A DNA stretch of 64,000 nt from an uncultured Aquimarina sp. (GCA_947489685.1 CANLEM010000007.1:61310-125309), one strand, 5' to 3'. Positions 40,587 through 52,057 are shown, numbered from the stretch's first letter. Made by a program: numbers and translations. The notes: generated by a model from the sequence alone, not told the origin.

Positions 40587-42713
40587 ATGGCTAGAGATTT
40601 AAAATATACAAGAAATATAGGAATTGCTGCGCATATTGACGCAGGAAAAACTACAACTACTGAACGTATCCTTTATTATACAGGAGTAAGTCATAAAATA
40701 GGAGAGGTTCATGATGGAGCCGCGACTATGGACTGGATGGAACAAGAACAAGAGCGTGGAATTACAATTACTTCCGCTGCAACAACTTGTGAATGGAAAT
40801 TCCCTACAGAGAACGGACAGCCAGTAGCAGATACAAAAGGATATCACTTTAATATTATTGATACTCCAGGTCACGTTGATTTTACGGTTGAAGTAAATCG
40901 TTCTCTTCGTGTTCTTGATGGGTTGGTTTTCTTATTTAGTGCAGTTGATGGTGTTGAGCCGCAATCTGAAACTAACTGGAGACTTGCTGATAACTACAAA
41001 GTGCCACGTATAGGTTTTGTAAACAAAATGGACCGTCAAGGATCTAACTTTATGGCAGTATGTCAGCAGGTTAAAGATATGTTGGGGTCTAATGCTGTGC
41101 CAATTGTAATGAATATTGGTGATGAGGCAGATTTTAAAGGTATCGTGGATTTGGTGAAGAACCGTGCTATTGTGTGGCATGATGAAACTCAAGGGTCTAC
41201 CTTTGATATTATTGATATTCCTGAAGAATTAAAAGCAGAAGCAGCTGAATTGAGAGGTAAGCTTATTGAAGAGGTTGCTGCTTATGATGAGAATCTTTTA
41301 GAGAAATTCATGGAAGATGAGGATTCTATTACTGAAGAAGAAGTGCATGCTGCTCTTCGTGCTGCTGTAATGGATATGTCTATTATTCCTATGATTTGTG
41401 GATCTGCATTCAAGAATAAAGGAGTGCAATTCCTTTTAGATGCGGTTTGTCGTTACTTGCCTTCTCCAACAGATAAAGAAGGTATTGTTGGTGTTAATCC
41501 AAATACAGATCAAGAAGAAATGCGTAAGCCGGATGTAAAGGAGCCGTTTGCTGCTTTGGCTTTTAAAATTGCTACAGATCCTTTTGTAGGGCGTTTAGCA
41601 TTCTTTAGAGCATATTCAGGTCGTTTAGATGCAGGTTCTTATATATTAAATAACCGTTCAGGTAAAAAAGAGCGTATCTCACGTATTTATCAGATGCATT
41701 CTAATAAACAAAATGCTATCGAATATATCGAGGCAGGAGATATTGGAGCCGCGGTTGGATTTAAGGATATTAAGACTGGTGATACTATGTCTGATGAGAA
41801 AAATCCAATTGTTTTAGAATCTATGGACTTCCCGGATCCTGTAATTGGTATCGCGGTAGAGCCTAAGACTAAAGCGGATGTTGATAAGTTAGGTCTTTCA
41901 TTAGCTAAGTTAGCAGAGGAAGATCCAACGTTTACTGTAAGAACAGATGAGGCGTCAGGACAGACTATTATTTCTGGAATGGGTGAGCTTCACTTAGATA
42001 TTATTGTAGATCGTTTAAGACGTGAATTTAAAGTTGAAGTGAATCAGGGTCAACCTCAGGTTGAGTACAAAGAAGCTATTACAGCTGCTGCGGATCATAG
42101 AGAGGTTTATAAGAAGCAATCTGGTGGTCGTGGTAAATTCGCAGATATCGTGTTTACTATTGAGCCGGCTGACGAAGGTGTTGTTGGTTTACAGTTTGAG
42201 TCTACGATAAAAGGTGGTAACGTTCCTAAAGAATTTATTCCTTCTATCGAAAAAGGATTTAAAACTGCAATGACAAATGGGCCATTGGCAGGATATGAAG
42301 TGGATTCAATGAAGGTTACTTTAAAAGATGGTTCTTATCATGATGTGGATTCTGATCAATTGTCGTTTGAGCTAGCTGCTAAGTTAGGATTTAAAAATTC
42401 TGCTAAAGCTGCAAAAGCGGTAATTATGGAGCCGATTATGAAATTAGAAGTTATTACTCCTGAAGAAAACATGGGTGATATCGTAGGTGACCTTAACCGT
42501 CGTAGAGGACAAGTAAGTGATATGGGAGATCGTGCAGGTGCAAAAACTGTAAAAGCTACTGTTCCACTTTCAGAAATGTTTGGATATGTAACAACATTAA
42601 GAACATTGTCATCTGGTAGAGCAACCTCTACAATGGAATTTTCTCACTATGCAGAAACTCCTTCTAATATTTCAGAAGCAGTAATTGCAGAAGCAAAAGG
42701 AGTTAACGCTTAA
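40587..42713 (+). CDS. fusA: Elongation factor G
   Basis: [24 protein letters not shown] and GELHL. Confidence 0.99.
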   Translation: MARDLKYTRNIGIAAHIDAGKTTTTERILYYTGVSHKIGEVHDGAATMDWMEQEQERGITITSAATTCEWKFPTENGQPVADTKGYHFNIIDTPGHVDFTVEVNRSLRVLDGLVFLFSAVDGVEPQSETNWRLADNYKVPRIGFVNKMDRQGSNFMAVCQQVKDMLGSNAVPIVMNIGDEADFKGIVDLVKNRAIVWHDETQGSTFDIIDIPEELKAEAAELRGKLIEEVAAYDENLLEKFMEDEDSITEEEVHAALRAAVMDMSIIPMICGSAFKNKGVQFLLDAVCRYLPSPTDKEGIVGVNPNTDQEEMRKPDVKEPFAALAFKIATDPFVGRLAFFRAYSGRLDAGSYILNNRSGKKERISRIYQMHSNKQNAIEYIEAGDIGAAVGFKDIKTGDTMSDEKNPIVLESMDFPDPVIGIAVEPKTKADVDKLGLSLAKLAEEDPTFTVRTDEASGQTIISGMGELHLDIIVDRLRREFKVEVNQGQPQVEYKEAITAAADHREVYKKQSGGRGKFADIVFTIEPADEGVVGLQFESTIKGGNVPKEFIPSIEKGFKTAMTNGPLAGYEVDSMKVTLKDGSYHDVDSDQLSFELAAKLGFKNSAKAAKAVIMEPIMKLEVITPEENMGDIVGDLNRRRGQVSDMGDRAGAKTVKATVPLSEMFGYVTTLRTLSSGRATSTMEFSHYAETPSNISEAVIAEAKGVNA

Positions 42714-42724
42714 TTATTACAGAA

Positions 42725-43030
42725 ATGAGTCAAAAAATTAGAATAAAACTAAAATCTTACGATCACAATTTAGTAGATAAATCTGCTGAGAAAATCGTAA
42801 AGACGGTAAAGAGTACTGGTGCTGTAGTAACTGGGCCAATTCCATTACCAACACATAAAAAGATTTTTACTGTGCTTCGTTCTCCGCACGTAAATAAGAA
42901 GTCAAGAGAGCAATTTCAATTGAGTTCTTATAAAAGACTTTTGGATATTTATAGTTCTTCTTCAAAAACGATCGATGCGTTAATGAAGTTGGAATTACCA
43001 AGTGGAGTAGAGGTTGAAATTAAAGTGTGA
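42725..43030 (+). CDS. rpsJ: 30S ribosomal protein S10
   Basis: [10 protein letters not shown] and [13 protein letters not shown]. Confidence 0.99.
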   Translation: MSQKIRIKLKSYDHNLVDKSAEKIVKTVKSTGAVVTGPIPLPTHKKIFTVLRSPHVNKKSREQFQLSSYKRLLDIYSSSSKTIDALMKLELPSGVEVEIKV

Positions 43031-43109
43031 TAACACACTACGGTAAGAAACCTTACAAACGATAAATGTCCCAAGCTGCGTGCAAGGGAAAGACGGCAAA
43101 AAATACATT

Positions 43110-43140
43110 CAGGGTTGAAGTATTTTAACCCTGTTTTTTT
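43110..43140 (+). terminator. Intrinsic terminator/attenuator between rpsJ and rplC
   Basis: CAGGGTTGAA-GTAT-TTTAACCCTG forms a 10-bp stem with one G-U pair, followed by 7 T. Confidence 0.75.
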
Positions 43141-43211
43141 GCAAAAGTTTATATAGTAGATTGAAAGTATTTTCAATAAGTAAATAAGAATAATTAATAA
43201 ATAATTTAAAT

Positions 43212-43829
43212 ATGTCTGGGTTAATAGGAAAAAAGATCGGTATGACCAGCATCTTCGACGAGAATGGGAAAAATATTCCATGTACCGTTATCGAAGCTGG
43301 ACCATGCGTGGTTACCCAAGTCAGAACTGAAGAGGTTGATGGTTATGAAGCTATTCAGCTAGGTTTCGATGACAAAGCAGACAAAAATGCTACTAAAGCG
43401 GCTTTAGGTCACTTTAAGAAAGCAGGAACTGTTGCTAAACGTAAAGTTGTCGAATTTCAAGGTTTTGATGAGGAGTACAAATTAGGTGAAACGATAACAG
43501 TCGAACATTTTGCCGAAGGAGAATTTGTTGACATTTCTGGAACTTCTAAAGGAAAAGGTTTTCAGGGGGTTGTTAAAAGACACGGCTTTGCTGGTGTTGG
43601 ACAAGCAACTCATGGTCAGCATAACAGATTAAGAGCTCCAGGTTCGATAGGTGCTGCATCTTATCCTGCAAGAGTTTTCAAAGGAATGAAAATGGCAGGA
43701 AGAATGGGTGGAGAGAAAGTAAAAGTTCAAAACTTAAAAGTGTTGAAAGTAGTTGCTGAAAAGAACTTACTTGTTGTTAAAGGATGTGTTCCTGGACATA
43801 AAAACGCTTATGTAACTATTCAGAAGTAA
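43212..43829 (+). CDS. rplC: 50S ribosomal protein L3
   Basis: [15 protein letters not shown] and RAPGSIG. Confidence 0.99.
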   Translation: MSGLIGKKIGMTSIFDENGKNIPCTVIEAGPCVVTQVRTEEVDGYEAIQLGFDDKADKNATKAALGHFKKAGTVAKRKVVEFQGFDEEYKLGETITVEHFAEGEFVDISGTSKGKGFQGVVKRHGFAGVGQATHGQHNRLRAPGSIGAASYPARVFKGMKMAGRMGGEKVKVQNLKVLKVVAEKNLLVVKGCVPGHKNAYVTIQK

Positions 43830-44458
43830 TGAAAGTAGCGGTAATTGATATAAACGGAAAAGAAACAGGAAGAAAGGCAGACCTTTCGGATGCTGTTTTC
43901 GGTATTGAGCCAAATGATCATGCGGTATACTTAGATGTGAAACAATATTTGGCGAATCAACGTCAAGGTACTCACAAAGCTAAAGAACGTGCAGAGATTA
44001 CTGGTAGTACCAGAAAGATCAAGAAGCAAAAAGGAACTGGTACGGCCAGAGCAGGTAGTATTAAGTCTCCGATTTTTAAAGGAGGAGGTAGAATTTTTGG
44101 TCCTAGACCACGTAACTACTCTTTTAAATTAAATAAGAACCTAAAGAGATTAGCGCGTAAATCTGCGTTAAGTATCAAGGCAAATGATAAGGCAATAACA
44201 GTTATTGAGGACTTCAGTTTTGATGCTCCAAAAACAAAGAATTTTACTGCGATTTTAAAGTCTTTAGGACTTGAGAGTAAAAAATCTTTGTTTGTGTTGG
44301 CTGAGTCAAATAATAATGTATATTTGTCGTCACGCAATTTAAAAGGTTCAGAAGTTGTAACTGCCTCAGAATTAAGTACTTACAAGATACTTAATGCGAA
44401 TAAAGTTGTGCTTTTGGAAGGTTCTTTGAAAGGAATTGAAACGAATTTAAGTAAATAG
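43829..44458 (+). CDS. rplD: 50S ribosomal protein L4
   Basis: [19 protein letters not shown] and FGPRPR. TAATG overlap with rplC. Confidence 0.99.
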   Translation: MKVAVIDINGKETGRKADLSDAVFGIEPNDHAVYLDVKQYLANQRQGTHKAKERAEITGSTRKIKKQKGTGTARAGSIKSPIFKGGGRIFGPRPRNYSFKLNKNLKRLARKSALSIKANDKAITVIEDFSFDAPKTKNFTAILKSLGLESKKSLFVLAESNNNVYLSSRNLKGSEVVTASELSTYKILNANKVVLLEGSLKGIETNLSK

Positions 44459-44463
44459 AAGCC

Positions 44464-44754
44464 ATGAGTATCTTAATAAAACCTATTATTACGGAAAAGG
44501 CTACTGCGGATAGCGAGGTATTTAATCGCTATGGTTTTGTAGTAGATAAGAAAGCGAATAAGGTAGAGATCAAAAAAGCAGTTGAAGCTGCTTATGGTGT
44601 ATCTGTAACTAAAGTTCGCACAATAAACGTCCGTCCAGACCGTAAAACTCGTTATACAAAAACGGGAATGGTCACTGGTAAAACAACAGCTGTTAAAAAA
44701 GCAATTGTACAGGTGGCGGAAGGTGAAGTAATTGATTTATATAGTAATCTTTAA
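44464..44754 (+). CDS. rplW: 50S ribosomal protein L23
   Basis: PIITEK and ANKVEIKKAVE. Confidence 0.98.
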   Translation: MSILIKPIITEKATADSEVFNRYGFVVDKKANKVEIKKAVEAAYGVSVTKVRTINVRPDRKTRYTKTGMVTGKTTAVKKAIVQVAEGEVIDLYSNL

Positions 44755-44763
44755 GACTAAAAA

Positions 44764-45588
44764 ATGTCAGTAAGAAAATTAAAACCAATTACCCCAGGTC
44801 AGCGTTTTAGAGTAGTTAATGGATTTGACGCCATTACTACTGATAAGCCGGAGAAAAGTCTATTGGCTCCGAAAAAAAGATCTGGAGGTAGAAACAGTCA
44901 AGGAAAAATGACTATGCGCTACAAAGGTGGTGGTCATAAGAGAAGGTATCGTATCATTGATTTTAAGCGTGACAAGCAGGGTATACCTGCTACTGTTGCA
45001 ACAATAGAATACGATCCAAACAGAACTGCATTTATAGCGCTTGTTAATTACCAAGATGGTGAAAAGCGTTATGTAATTGCTCAAAATGGTCTTCAGGTAG
45101 GTCAGAATATTGTTTCTGGAAACAATGTGGCTCCTGAAATTGGTAATGCAATGCCATTGAGTGATATTCCATTAGGTACAATTATTTCTTGTATAGAGTT
45201 AAGACCAGGTCAAGGTGCTGTTATGGCGCGAAGTGCTGGATCTTTTGCTCAACTTATGGCTAGAGATGGTAAGTTTGCTACGGTAAAATTACCTTCTGGC
45301 GAAGTGAGAATGATACTAGTTAATTGTATGGCTACTATAGGTGCGATATCAAACAGTGATCATCAGTTGATCGTTGGTGGTAAAGCGGGTAGAACAAGAT
45401 GGTTAGGCCGTCGCCCACGTACAAGACCGGTAGCAATGAACCCTGTCGATCACCCAATGGGTGGTGGTGAAGGACGTTCATCTGGAGGTCATCCACGTTC
45501 TAGAAAAGGGCTTCCTGCTAAAGGATTTAGAACCCGTTCTAAGACGAAAGCGAGTAATAAATATATTGTAGAACGTAGAAAGAAATAA
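44764..45588 (+). CDS. rplB: 50S ribosomal protein L2
   Basis: [20 protein letters not shown] and [13 protein letters not shown]. Confidence 0.99.
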   Translation: MSVRKLKPITPGQRFRVVNGFDAITTDKPEKSLLAPKKRSGGRNSQGKMTMRYKGGGHKRRYRIIDFKRDKQGIPATVATIEYDPNRTAFIALVNYQDGEKRYVIAQNGLQVGQNIVSGNNVAPEIGNAMPLSDIPLGTIISCIELRPGQGAVMARSAGSFAQLMARDGKFATVKLPSGEVRMILVNCMATIGAISNSDHQLIVGGKAGRTRWLGRRPRTRPVAMNPVDHPMGGGEGRSSGGHPRSRKGLPAKGFRTRSKTKASNKYIVERRKK

Positions 45589-45594
45589 TAAGAT

Positions 45595-45873
45595 ATGGCA
45601 CGTTCATTAAAAAAAGGACCTTACGTTCACTATAAGTTAGAGAAAAAAGTAGCTGCAAATGTAGAAGCTAATAAAAAGTCTGTTATTAAGACTTGGTCAA
45701 GAGCATCTATGATTACTCCTGACTTTGTAGGGCAAACAATTGCAGTTCATAATGGTCGCCAATTTGTTCCTGTGTATGTCACAGAGAATATGGTGGGGCA
45801 TAAATTAGGAGAATTTTCGCCAACACGTTCCTTTAGAGGACACGCTGGTGCTAAAAATAAAGGTAAAAAATAA
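45595..45873 (+). CDS. rpsS: 30S ribosomal protein S19
   Basis: RSLKKGP and [13 protein letters not shown]. Confidence 0.99.
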   Translation: MARSLKKGPYVHYKLEKKVAANVEANKKSVIKTWSRASMITPDFVGQTIAVHNGRQFVPVYVTENMVGHKLGEFSPTRSFRGHAGAKNKGKK

Positions 45874-45881
45874 TTTAAGTC

Positions 45882-46289
45882 ATGGGAGTTCGTAAAAGAG
45901 AAATGGCAGAAAGAATTAAGGAAGAGAAAAAGCAAATTGCTTTTGCTAAACTTAATAACTGTCCTACGTCACCACGCAAAATGCGTTTAGTCGCTGATTT
46001 GGTTCGTGGTGAGAAAGTTGAAAAGGCGCTTCAGATTCTTAGATTTAGCCCTAAAGAAGCATCACGTCGTTTAGAGAAGTTATTGCTTTCGGCAATTGCT
46101 AACTGGCAGGCGAAAAATGAAGACGCTAGCATCGAGGATGCTGATCTTTTTGTAAAAGAGATTCGTGTAGACGGAGGAAGTATGTTAAAAAGACTTCGTC
46201 CTGCTCCACAGGGTCGTGCACACAGAATAAGAAAACGCTCTAATCATGTTACTATCGTGGTTGCAGCAAAAAATAATACACAAAGCTAA
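45882..46289 (+). CDS. rplV: 50S ribosomal protein L22
   Basis: [14 protein letters not shown] and PAPQGRA. Confidence 0.99.
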   Translation: MGVRKREMAERIKEEKKQIAFAKLNNCPTSPRKMRLVADLVRGEKVEKALQILRFSPKEASRRLEKLLLSAIANWQAKNEDASIEDADLFVKEIRVDGGSMLKRLRPAPQGRAHRIRKRSNHVTIVVAAKNNTQS

Positions 46290-46297
46290 TATAAACT

Positions 46298-47023
46298 ATG
46301 GGACAGAAGACAAATCCAATCGGAAATCGCCTAGGTATCATCAGAGGATGGGAGTCCAACTGGTACGGAGGTAATGACTACGGTGATAAACTTGCCGAAG
46401 ACGATAAGATTAGAAAGTATGTACACGCACGTTTGTCTAAAGCTAGTGTATCTAGAGTAATTATTGAGCGTACGCTTAAACTTGTAACCGTTACTATCAC
46501 TACCGCTAGACCTGGTATTATTATCGGAAAAGGTGGTCAAGAGGTAGACAAGTTAAAAGAAGAGCTTAAAAAGATTACTGATAAAGAAGTTCAGATCAAT
46601 ATTTTTGAAATCAAAAGACCAGAACTTGATGCATTTTTAGTTGGATCTAGTGTAGCAAGACAGATTGAAAGTCGTATTTCATATCGTCGTGCTATCAAGA
46701 TGGCTATTGCGGCTGCAATTAGAATGAATGCAGAAGGTATCAAAATCCAGATTTCAGGACGTTTGAATGGGGCAGAGATGGCGCGTTCAGAGTCTTATAA
46801 AGAAGGTCGTATTCCTTTATCAACATTTAGAGCTGACATAGATTATGCTTTGGTAGAAGCTCACACTACTTATGGTAGATTGGGTGTGAAAGTATGGATC
46901 ATGAAAGGCGAAGTATATGGTAAAAGAGAGCTTTCTCCTTTGGTTGGTTTATCCAAAAAACAAGGAAAAGGTGACAGAGGTGGACGAAGTGGTGGAAATA
47001 ATAAATCACGTCGTAGAAAGTAA
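46298..47023 (+). CDS. rpsC: 30S ribosomal protein S3
   Basis: [19 protein letters not shown] and [14 protein letters not shown]. Confidence 0.99.
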   Translation: MGQKTNPIGNRLGIIRGWESNWYGGNDYGDKLAEDDKIRKYVHARLSKASVSRVIIERTLKLVTVTITTARPGIIIGKGGQEVDKLKEELKKITDKEVQINIFEIKRPELDAFLVGSSVARQIESRISYRRAIKMAIAAAIRMNAEGIKIQISGRLNGAEMARSESYKEGRIPLSTFRADIDYALVEAHTTYGRLGVKVWIMKGEVYGKRELSPLVGLSKKQGKGDRGGRSGGNNKSRRRK

Positions 47024-47043
47024 TTTTTTAAAGTAAATTAACA

Positions 47044-47463
47044 ATGTTACAGCCTAAAAGAACAAAATTCCGTAAGCAACAAAAAGGACGTATGAAAGGT
47101 TTGTCTCAAAGAGGACATACACTTTCTAACGGTACTTTCGGAATCAAATCATTAGATTCAAGTTTTGTTACTGCTAGACAAATAGAAGCAGCTCGTATTT
47201 CTGCTACTCGTTATATGAAAAGAGAAGGATCTCTGTGGATTAAAATTTTCCCAGATAAACCTATTACAAAGAAACCTCTTGAAGTACGTATGGGTAAAGG
47301 AAAAGGTGCTGTTGAGTATTGGGCAGCAGTAGTAAAACCAGGAAGAATATTATTCGAAATAAGTGGTGTGCCTTATGATGTGGCTAAAGAAGCTTTACGT
47401 CTGGCAGCACAAAAGCTTCCTGTAAAAACTAAGTTTATCGTAGCTAGAGATTATCAAGCTTAA
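47044..47463 (+). CDS. rplP: 50S ribosomal protein L16
   Basis: [11 protein letters not shown] and RMGKGKG. Confidence 0.99.
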   Translation: MLQPKRTKFRKQQKGRMKGLSQRGHTLSNGTFGIKSLDSSFVTARQIEAARISATRYMKREGSLWIKIFPDKPITKKPLEVRMGKGKGAVEYWAAVVKPGRILFEISGVPYDVAKEALRLAAQKLPVKTKFIVARDYQA

Positions 47464-47474
47464 AATTGAGAATT

Positions 47475-47669
47475 ATGAAGCAATCAGAGGTTAAAGAATT
47501 ATCTACAGCTGAATTACAAGAGGAACTTGGTAAAACGCAAAAAGCGTATTCAGATTTAAGAATGGCTCACGCTATGTCTCCATTAGAAAACCCTTTACAA
47601 TTACGTAAAGTAAGAAGATCTATTGCAAGAATGGCTACAGAGCTAACAAAAAGAGAATTAAACGGTTAA
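47475..47669 (+). CDS. rpmC: 50S ribosomal protein L29
   Basis: ENPLQLRKVRRSIAR and position in the S10 operon. ATG at 47475. Confidence 0.95.
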   Translation: MKQSEVKELSTAELQEELGKTQKAYSDLRMAHAMSPLENPLQLRKVRRSIARMATELTKRELNG

Positions 47670-47681
47670 TTCTGCTGAAAG

Positions 47682-47939
47682 ATGGAAAAAAGAAACTTAA
47701 GAAAAGAGCGTATAGGAGTTGTTACAAGTAACAAAATGCAGAAATCAATTGTGGTTTCTGAAGTGAAAAAAGTAAAACACCCTATGTACGGAAAGTTCGT
47801 GTTGAAAACGAAAAAATACGTTGCACACGACGAGAAAAACGACTGCAATATTGGTGATACTGTAAAGATCATGGAAACAAGGCCTATGAGTAAAACCAAA
47901 TGCTGGAGATTAGTAGAAGTAATTGAAAGAGCGAAGTAA
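47682..47939 (+). CDS. rpsQ: 30S ribosomal protein S17
   Basis: [17 protein letters not shown] and [11 protein letters not shown]. Confidence 0.99.
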   Translation: MEKRNLRKERIGVVTSNKMQKSIVVSEVKKVKHPMYGKFVLKTKKYVAHDEKNDCNIGDTVKIMETRPMSKTKCWRLVEVIERAK

Positions 47940-47941
47940 TT

Positions 47942-48310
47942 ATGGTACAACAAGAGTCTAGATTAAAAGTAGCCGATAACACTGGTGGTAAAGAAGTTTT
48001 AGTTATCCGTGTTTTAGGTGGTACAGGAAGAAGATACGCCTCTGTAGGAGACAAAATCGTTGTCAGTGTAAAAGAAGCAACTCCTAATGGAAACATTAAA
48101 AAAGGAGCCGTTTCTACTGCAGTTGTAGTTCGTACTAAGAAAGAAGTGCGCAGACCAGATGGTTCTTATATTCGTTTCGATGATAATGCATGTGTTCTTT
48201 TGAACCCTGCTGGCGAAATGAGAGGAACACGTGTATTTGGTCCTGTAGCAAGAGAACTTCGTGATAAGCAATTCATGAAGATTGTTTCACTAGCGCCAGA
48301 AGTGCTTTAA
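47942..48310 (+). CDS. rplN: 50S ribosomal protein L14
   Basis: [15 protein letters not shown] and [13 protein letters not shown]. Confidence 0.99.
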   Translation: MVQQESRLKVADNTGGKEVLVIRVLGGTGRRYASVGDKIVVSVKEATPNGNIKKGAVSTAVVVRTKKEVRRPDGSYIRFDDNACVLLNPAGEMRGTRVFGPVARELRDKQFMKIVSLAPEVL

Positions 48311-48322
48311 TATTTGATGAAA

Positions 48323-48649
48323 ATGACAAAGTTAAAGATTAAAACAGGAGACGTAGTTAAGGTTATTGCTGGTGCTCATAAGAGTACTCCAAATAATGAC
48401 GTTACTGGTAAAGTAATTAAAGTGCTACGTGAAGAAAATAAAGCAATCGTTGAAGGTGTGAATGTGGTTAAGAAACATGCTAAACCAAGTGCACAAAACC
48501 CTCAAGGTGGTATTGTAGAAAAAGAAGCTCCGATTCATATCTCGAATCTTGCTCTAATGACTTCTAAAGGTGAAGCGACTAGAGTAGGGTATAGAATGGA
48601 AGGAGATAAGAAAGTGAGATTTTCTAAAAAATCTAATGAAGTAATATAG
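48323..48649 (+). CDS. rplX: 50S ribosomal protein L24
   Basis: KOW motif [15 protein letters not shown] and EAPIHISN. Start is probably ATG 48323. Confidence 0.97.
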   Translation: MTKLKIKTGDVVKVIAGAHKSTPNNDVTGKVIKVLREENKAIVEGVNVVKKHAKPSAQNPQGGIVEKEAPIHISNLALMTSKGEATRVGYRMEGDKKVRFSKKSNEVI

Positions 48650-48651
48650 TT

Positions 48652-49203
48652 ATGGCTTATATCCCAAGATTAAAACAAGAGTATAAGGACAGAGTAGTGT
48701 CAGCTCTTACAGAAGAATTCAGCTATGATAATGTAATGCAAGTGCCAAAACTTAAAAAAATTGTTTTAAGTAGAGGTGTTGGTGCAGCAGTTGCTGATAA
48801 AAAGTTAATTGACTACGCCGTAGACGAATTAACAACAATTACTGGTCAAAAAGCTATAGCAACTATTTCTAAAAAGGATGTTGCTTCTTTCAAATTACGT
48901 AAAGGAATGCCAATTGGGGCAAAAGTTACGTTAAGAGGAGAAAGAATGTATGAATTTTTAGATCGTTTGATTACTTCAGCGTTACCACGTGTTAGAGATT
49001 TTAATGGAATTAAGGCTACTGGTTTTGATGGTAGAGGTAATTATTCTTTAGGAGTTTTAGAGCAGATTATCTTTCCGGAAATAGATATCGATAAGGTAAA
49101 TAAAATTTCAGGAATGAATATCACATTCGAAACATCAGCTAAAACTGATAAAGAAGCAAAATCATTGTTAACAGAACTAGGATTACCTTTTAAAAAGAAT
49201 TAA
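48652..49203 (+). CDS. rplE: 50S ribosomal protein L5
   Basis: [16 protein letters not shown] and LPRVRDF. Confidence 0.99.
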   Translation: MAYIPRLKQEYKDRVVSALTEEFSYDNVMQVPKLKKIVLSRGVGAAVADKKLIDYAVDELTTITGQKAIATISKKDVASFKLRKGMPIGAKVTLRGERMYEFLDRLITSALPRVRDFNGIKATGFDGRGNYSLGVLEQIIFPEIDIDKVNKISGMNITFETSAKTDKEAKSLLTELGLPFKKN

Positions 49204-49205
49204 TT

Positions 49206-49475
49206 ATGGCTAAAGAATCAATGAAAGCCCGTGAGGTGAAGAGAGCTAAAACTGTTGCTAAATATGCTGAAAAGCGAAAGGCTTTAAAAGAAGCTGGAGA
49301 TTATGAAGCGTTACAGAAGTTACCAAAAAATGCTTCTCCTATCCGTAAGCATAATCGTTGCAAGTTAACAGGAAGACCAAAAGGATATATGCGTCAGTTT
49401 GGAATTTCTCGTGTAACGTTTAGAGAGATGGCTAATAAAGGATTAATTCCTGGAGTAACAAAAGCTAGTTGGTAA
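49206..49475 (+). CDS. rpsN: 30S ribosomal protein S14 (89-aa, non-Zn type)
   Basis: [10 protein letters not shown] and [11 protein letters not shown], with a single Cys. Confidence 0.98.
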   Translation: MAKESMKAREVKRAKTVAKYAEKRKALKEAGDYEALQKLPKNASPIRKHNRCKLTGRPKGYMRQFGISRVTFREMANKGLIPGVTKASW

Positions 49476-49543
49476 TAATAAAAAATTAATTGGTTTAAGG
49501 TTCGGCTAGAGAAGTTGAAAACCAAGACCATAAATTATATATA

Positions 49544-49942
49544 ATGAATACAGATCCTATAGCAGATTATTTAACCAGAATTCGTAATGCAAATAGTGCT
49601 CAACATAGAGTTGTTGAGATTCCTGCATCGAAGGTTAAAAAAGAGATCACAAAAATATTATTCGATCAAGGATATATTTTAAGTTATAAGTTTGATGATA
49701 GTACTACACAAGGTACAATCAAGATAGCACTTAAGTACGATAAATTCACTAAAGAACCTGTAATAAAAGAATTACAAAGAATCAGTAAGCCTGGTTTGCG
49801 TAAATATGCAGGATCAAGTGATATTCCTAGAATCCTTAATGGACTAGGGATTGCGATAGTATCAACTTCTCATGGCGTTATGACTGGTAAACAGGCAAAG
49901 CAAGAGAATGTAGGTGGTGAAGTACTTTGTTACGTATATTAA
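49544..49942 (+). CDS. rpsH: 30S ribosomal protein S8
   Basis: DPIADYLTRIRN, SKPGLRKY and GGEVLCYVY. Confidence 0.99.
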   Translation: MNTDPIADYLTRIRNANSAQHRVVEIPASKVKKEITKILFDQGYILSYKFDDSTTQGTIKIALKYDKFTKEPVIKELQRISKPGLRKYAGSSDIPRILNGLGIAIVSTSHGVMTGKQAKQENVGGEVLCYVY

Positions 49943-49962
49943 CAGTATAAAAGACAAAAGAA

Positions 49963-50505
49963 ATGTCAAGAATAGGAAAAAATCCAGTAACTATCCCGTC
50001 TGGTGTCACTGTCGAGGTGACAGGTAATGTTGTTACTGTTAAAGGAAAATTAGGAGAGCTTTCTCAAGAGATTGATAGTATCGATGTTAAAGTCGAAGAA
50101 GGCCAGGTAATTTTAGAGAGACCTACTGAAGCTAAAGATCATAAAGCAAAGCACGGATTATACAGAGCTTTGATTAATAATATGGTTCAAGGTGTTTCAG
50201 AAGGTTTTACTAAAGAGTTAGAATTGGTAGGGGTTGGTTATAGAGCCTCTAATCAAGGTCAGAAGTTAGATTTGGCACTTGGATTCTCTCACAACATTGT
50301 TTTAGATGTTGCGCCAGAAATTAAGATAGAAACTATTTCTGAAAAAGGTAAAAACCCTATCGTAAAATTAACTTCTCATGATAAGCAGTTGGTTGGACAG
50401 GTAGCAGCTAAAATTAGAAGCTTCCGTAAGCCAGAGCCTTACAAAGGGAAAGGAATTAAATTCGTAGGAGAACAATTAAGAAGAAAAGCAGGTAAATCTG
50501 CATAA
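49963..50505 (+). CDS. rplF: 50S ribosomal protein L6
   Basis: MSRIGK, GVGYRA and PEPYKGKG. Confidence 0.99.
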   Translation: MSRIGKNPVTIPSGVTVEVTGNVVTVKGKLGELSQEIDSIDVKVEEGQVILERPTEAKDHKAKHGLYRALINNMVQGVSEGFTKELELVGVGYRASNQGQKLDLALGFSHNIVLDVAPEIKIETISEKGKNPIVKLTSHDKQLVGQVAAKIRSFRKPEPYKGKGIKFVGEQLRRKAGKSA

Positions 50506-50516
50506 TAACTAACGTT

Positions 50517-50873
50517 ATGGCATTCTCAAAAGACTTAAGAAGATTAAAGATAAGAAAGCGAATCCGCGGAAGTGTAAGCGGAACAGAACAACGTCCTAGA
50601 TTATCTGTTTTTAGAAGTAATAAAGAAATCTATGCACAAATCATAGATGATGTAACTGGTAAAACTATCAGTGCAGCTTCTTCTAGAGATAAAGACATTG
50701 TTAAAGCATCTGGAAACAAAATAGAAAAAGCAAACTTGGTTGGTAAGGCTCTTGCTGAAAAAGCTAAGAAAGCTGGTGTAGAAACAGTATCTTTCGATAG
50801 AGGAGGATATTTGTATCACGGTAGAGTAAAATCATTAGCAGACGGTGCTAGAGAGGCCGGACTTAAATTCTAA
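50517..50873 (+). CDS. rplR: 50S ribosomal protein L18
   Basis: [11 protein letters not shown] and [12 protein letters not shown]. Confidence 0.99.
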   Translation: MAFSKDLRRLKIRKRIRGSVSGTEQRPRLSVFRSNKEIYAQIIDDVTGKTISAASSRDKDIVKASGNKIEKANLVGKALAEKAKKAGVETVSFDRGGYLYHGRVKSLADGAREAGLKF

Positions 50874-50879
50874 GAAATT

Positions 50880-51404
50880 ATGTATCAGAAATATAAAAAC
50901 GCAGAATTAGTAAAACCAAGCGGACTTGAACTTAAAGATCGTTTAGTTGGTGTACAACGTGTAACCAAAGTAACAAAAGGTGGTAGAGCATTTGGATTCT
51001 CTGCAATTGTTGTTGTTGGTGATGAAAATGGTGTTGTAGGTCATGGTCTTGGTAAGTCTAAAGAGGTAGCAGAAGCTATCGCTAAGGCAGTAGAAGATGC
51101 AAAAAAGAATTTGGTTCGTATACCACTACATAAAGGTACATTACCTCATGAACAAAAAGGTAAGTACGGTGGAGCTAGAGTATTATTATTGCCTGCAGCA
51201 ACCGGTACAGGAGTTATTGCCGGTGGTGCAATTCGTGCAGTATTAGAAGCTGTAGGAGTACATGATGTACTTTCTAAGAACCAAGGATCGTCTAACCCAC
51301 ACAATGTGGTGAAAGCAACGTTTGATGCTTTATTGCAAATGCGTAGTGCGCAGCAAGTAGCAAAACAACGTGGTGTTTCACTTGAAAAAGTGTTTAAAGG
51401 ATAA
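50880..51404 (+). CDS. rpsE: 30S ribosomal protein S5
   Basis: [18 protein letters not shown] and GSSNPHN. Confidence 0.99.
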   Translation: MYQKYKNAELVKPSGLELKDRLVGVQRVTKVTKGGRAFGFSAIVVVGDENGVVGHGLGKSKEVAEAIAKAVEDAKKNLVRIPLHKGTLPHEQKGKYGGARVLLLPAATGTGVIAGGAIRAVLEAVGVHDVLSKNQGSSNPHNVVKATFDALLQMRSAQQVAKQRGVSLEKVFKG

Positions 51405-51415
51405 ATAATAGAACG

Positions 51416-51595
51416 ATGGCAAAGATTAAAATTACTAAAGTAAAGAGCGCGATTAATCGTACTCAGAGACAAAAGAGAACTCTAGAGGCTTTAGGTCTTA
51501 GAAAGATCGGCCAGGTTGTGGAGCATGATGATACTCCTAATATCCTTGGGATGGTAAATAAAGTTAAACATTTAGTTTCTGTTGAAACAAAATAA
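51416..51595 (+). CDS. rpmD: 50S ribosomal protein L30 (59 aa; missed by the ORF track)
   Basis: Hand translation: MAKIKITKVKSAINRTQRQKRTLEALGLRKIGQVVEHDDTPNILGMVNKVKHLVSVETK*. It lies between rpsE and rplO. Confidence 0.97.
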   Translation: MAKIKITKVKSAINRTQRQKRTLEALGLRKIGQVVEHDDTPNILGMVNKVKHLVSVETK

Positions 51596-51604
51596 TAATA
51601 GCAC

Positions 51605-52057
51605 ATGGATTTAAGTAACTTAAAACCTGCTGCAGGTTCGGTAAAAAATAACAATAAGCGATTAGGTCGTGGACAAGGTTCCGGAAAGGGAGGAACTGCG
51701 GCTCGTGGACATAAAGGAGCAAAATCTCGTTCTGGATATTCTAAAAAGATCGGTTTTGAAGGTGGGCAAATGCCACTTCAAAGACGTGTACCAAAATTTG
51801 GTTTCAAGAATATTAACAGAAAAGAGTATCAAGGAATTAATCTTGACACACTACAAAAATTAGTAGATGAAGGTAAGATTAAAGATACAGTTGATATTGA
51901 TGTGATTTTAGCTACTCGTCTTGCTGGGAAAAATGATTTGGTAAAGATACTGGGAAGAGGTGAATTGAAGGCGAAATTGAAAGTCTCAGCTCACAAATTT
52001 ACAGCCACAGCTAAAGCAGCTATAGAAGCAGCCGGTGGTGAAGCAGTAACCTTATAA
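51605..52057 (+). CDS. rplO: 50S ribosomal protein L15
   Basis: RLGRGQGSGKGGT and GFEGGQMPL. Confidence 0.99.
   Translation: MDLSNLKPAAGSVKNNNKRLGRGQGSGKGGTAARGHKGAKSRSGYSKKIGFEGGQMPLQRRVPKFGFKNINRKEYQGINLDTLQKLVDEGKIKDTVDIDVILATRLAGKNDLVKILGRGELKAKLKVSAHKFTATAKAAIEAAGGEAVTL

Noticed and set aside
40587-43030. Absence of tuf after fusA, and of adk and map between secY and infA
   Set aside because: This is the usual Bacteroidota arrangement. adk is in fact at the window start.
50505-50520. TAACGTTAT match to the eno palindrome between rplF and rplR
   Set aside because: Only the 9-nt core matches, it overlaps a start codon inside an operon, and similar cores occur in coding DNA, so it is probably chance.
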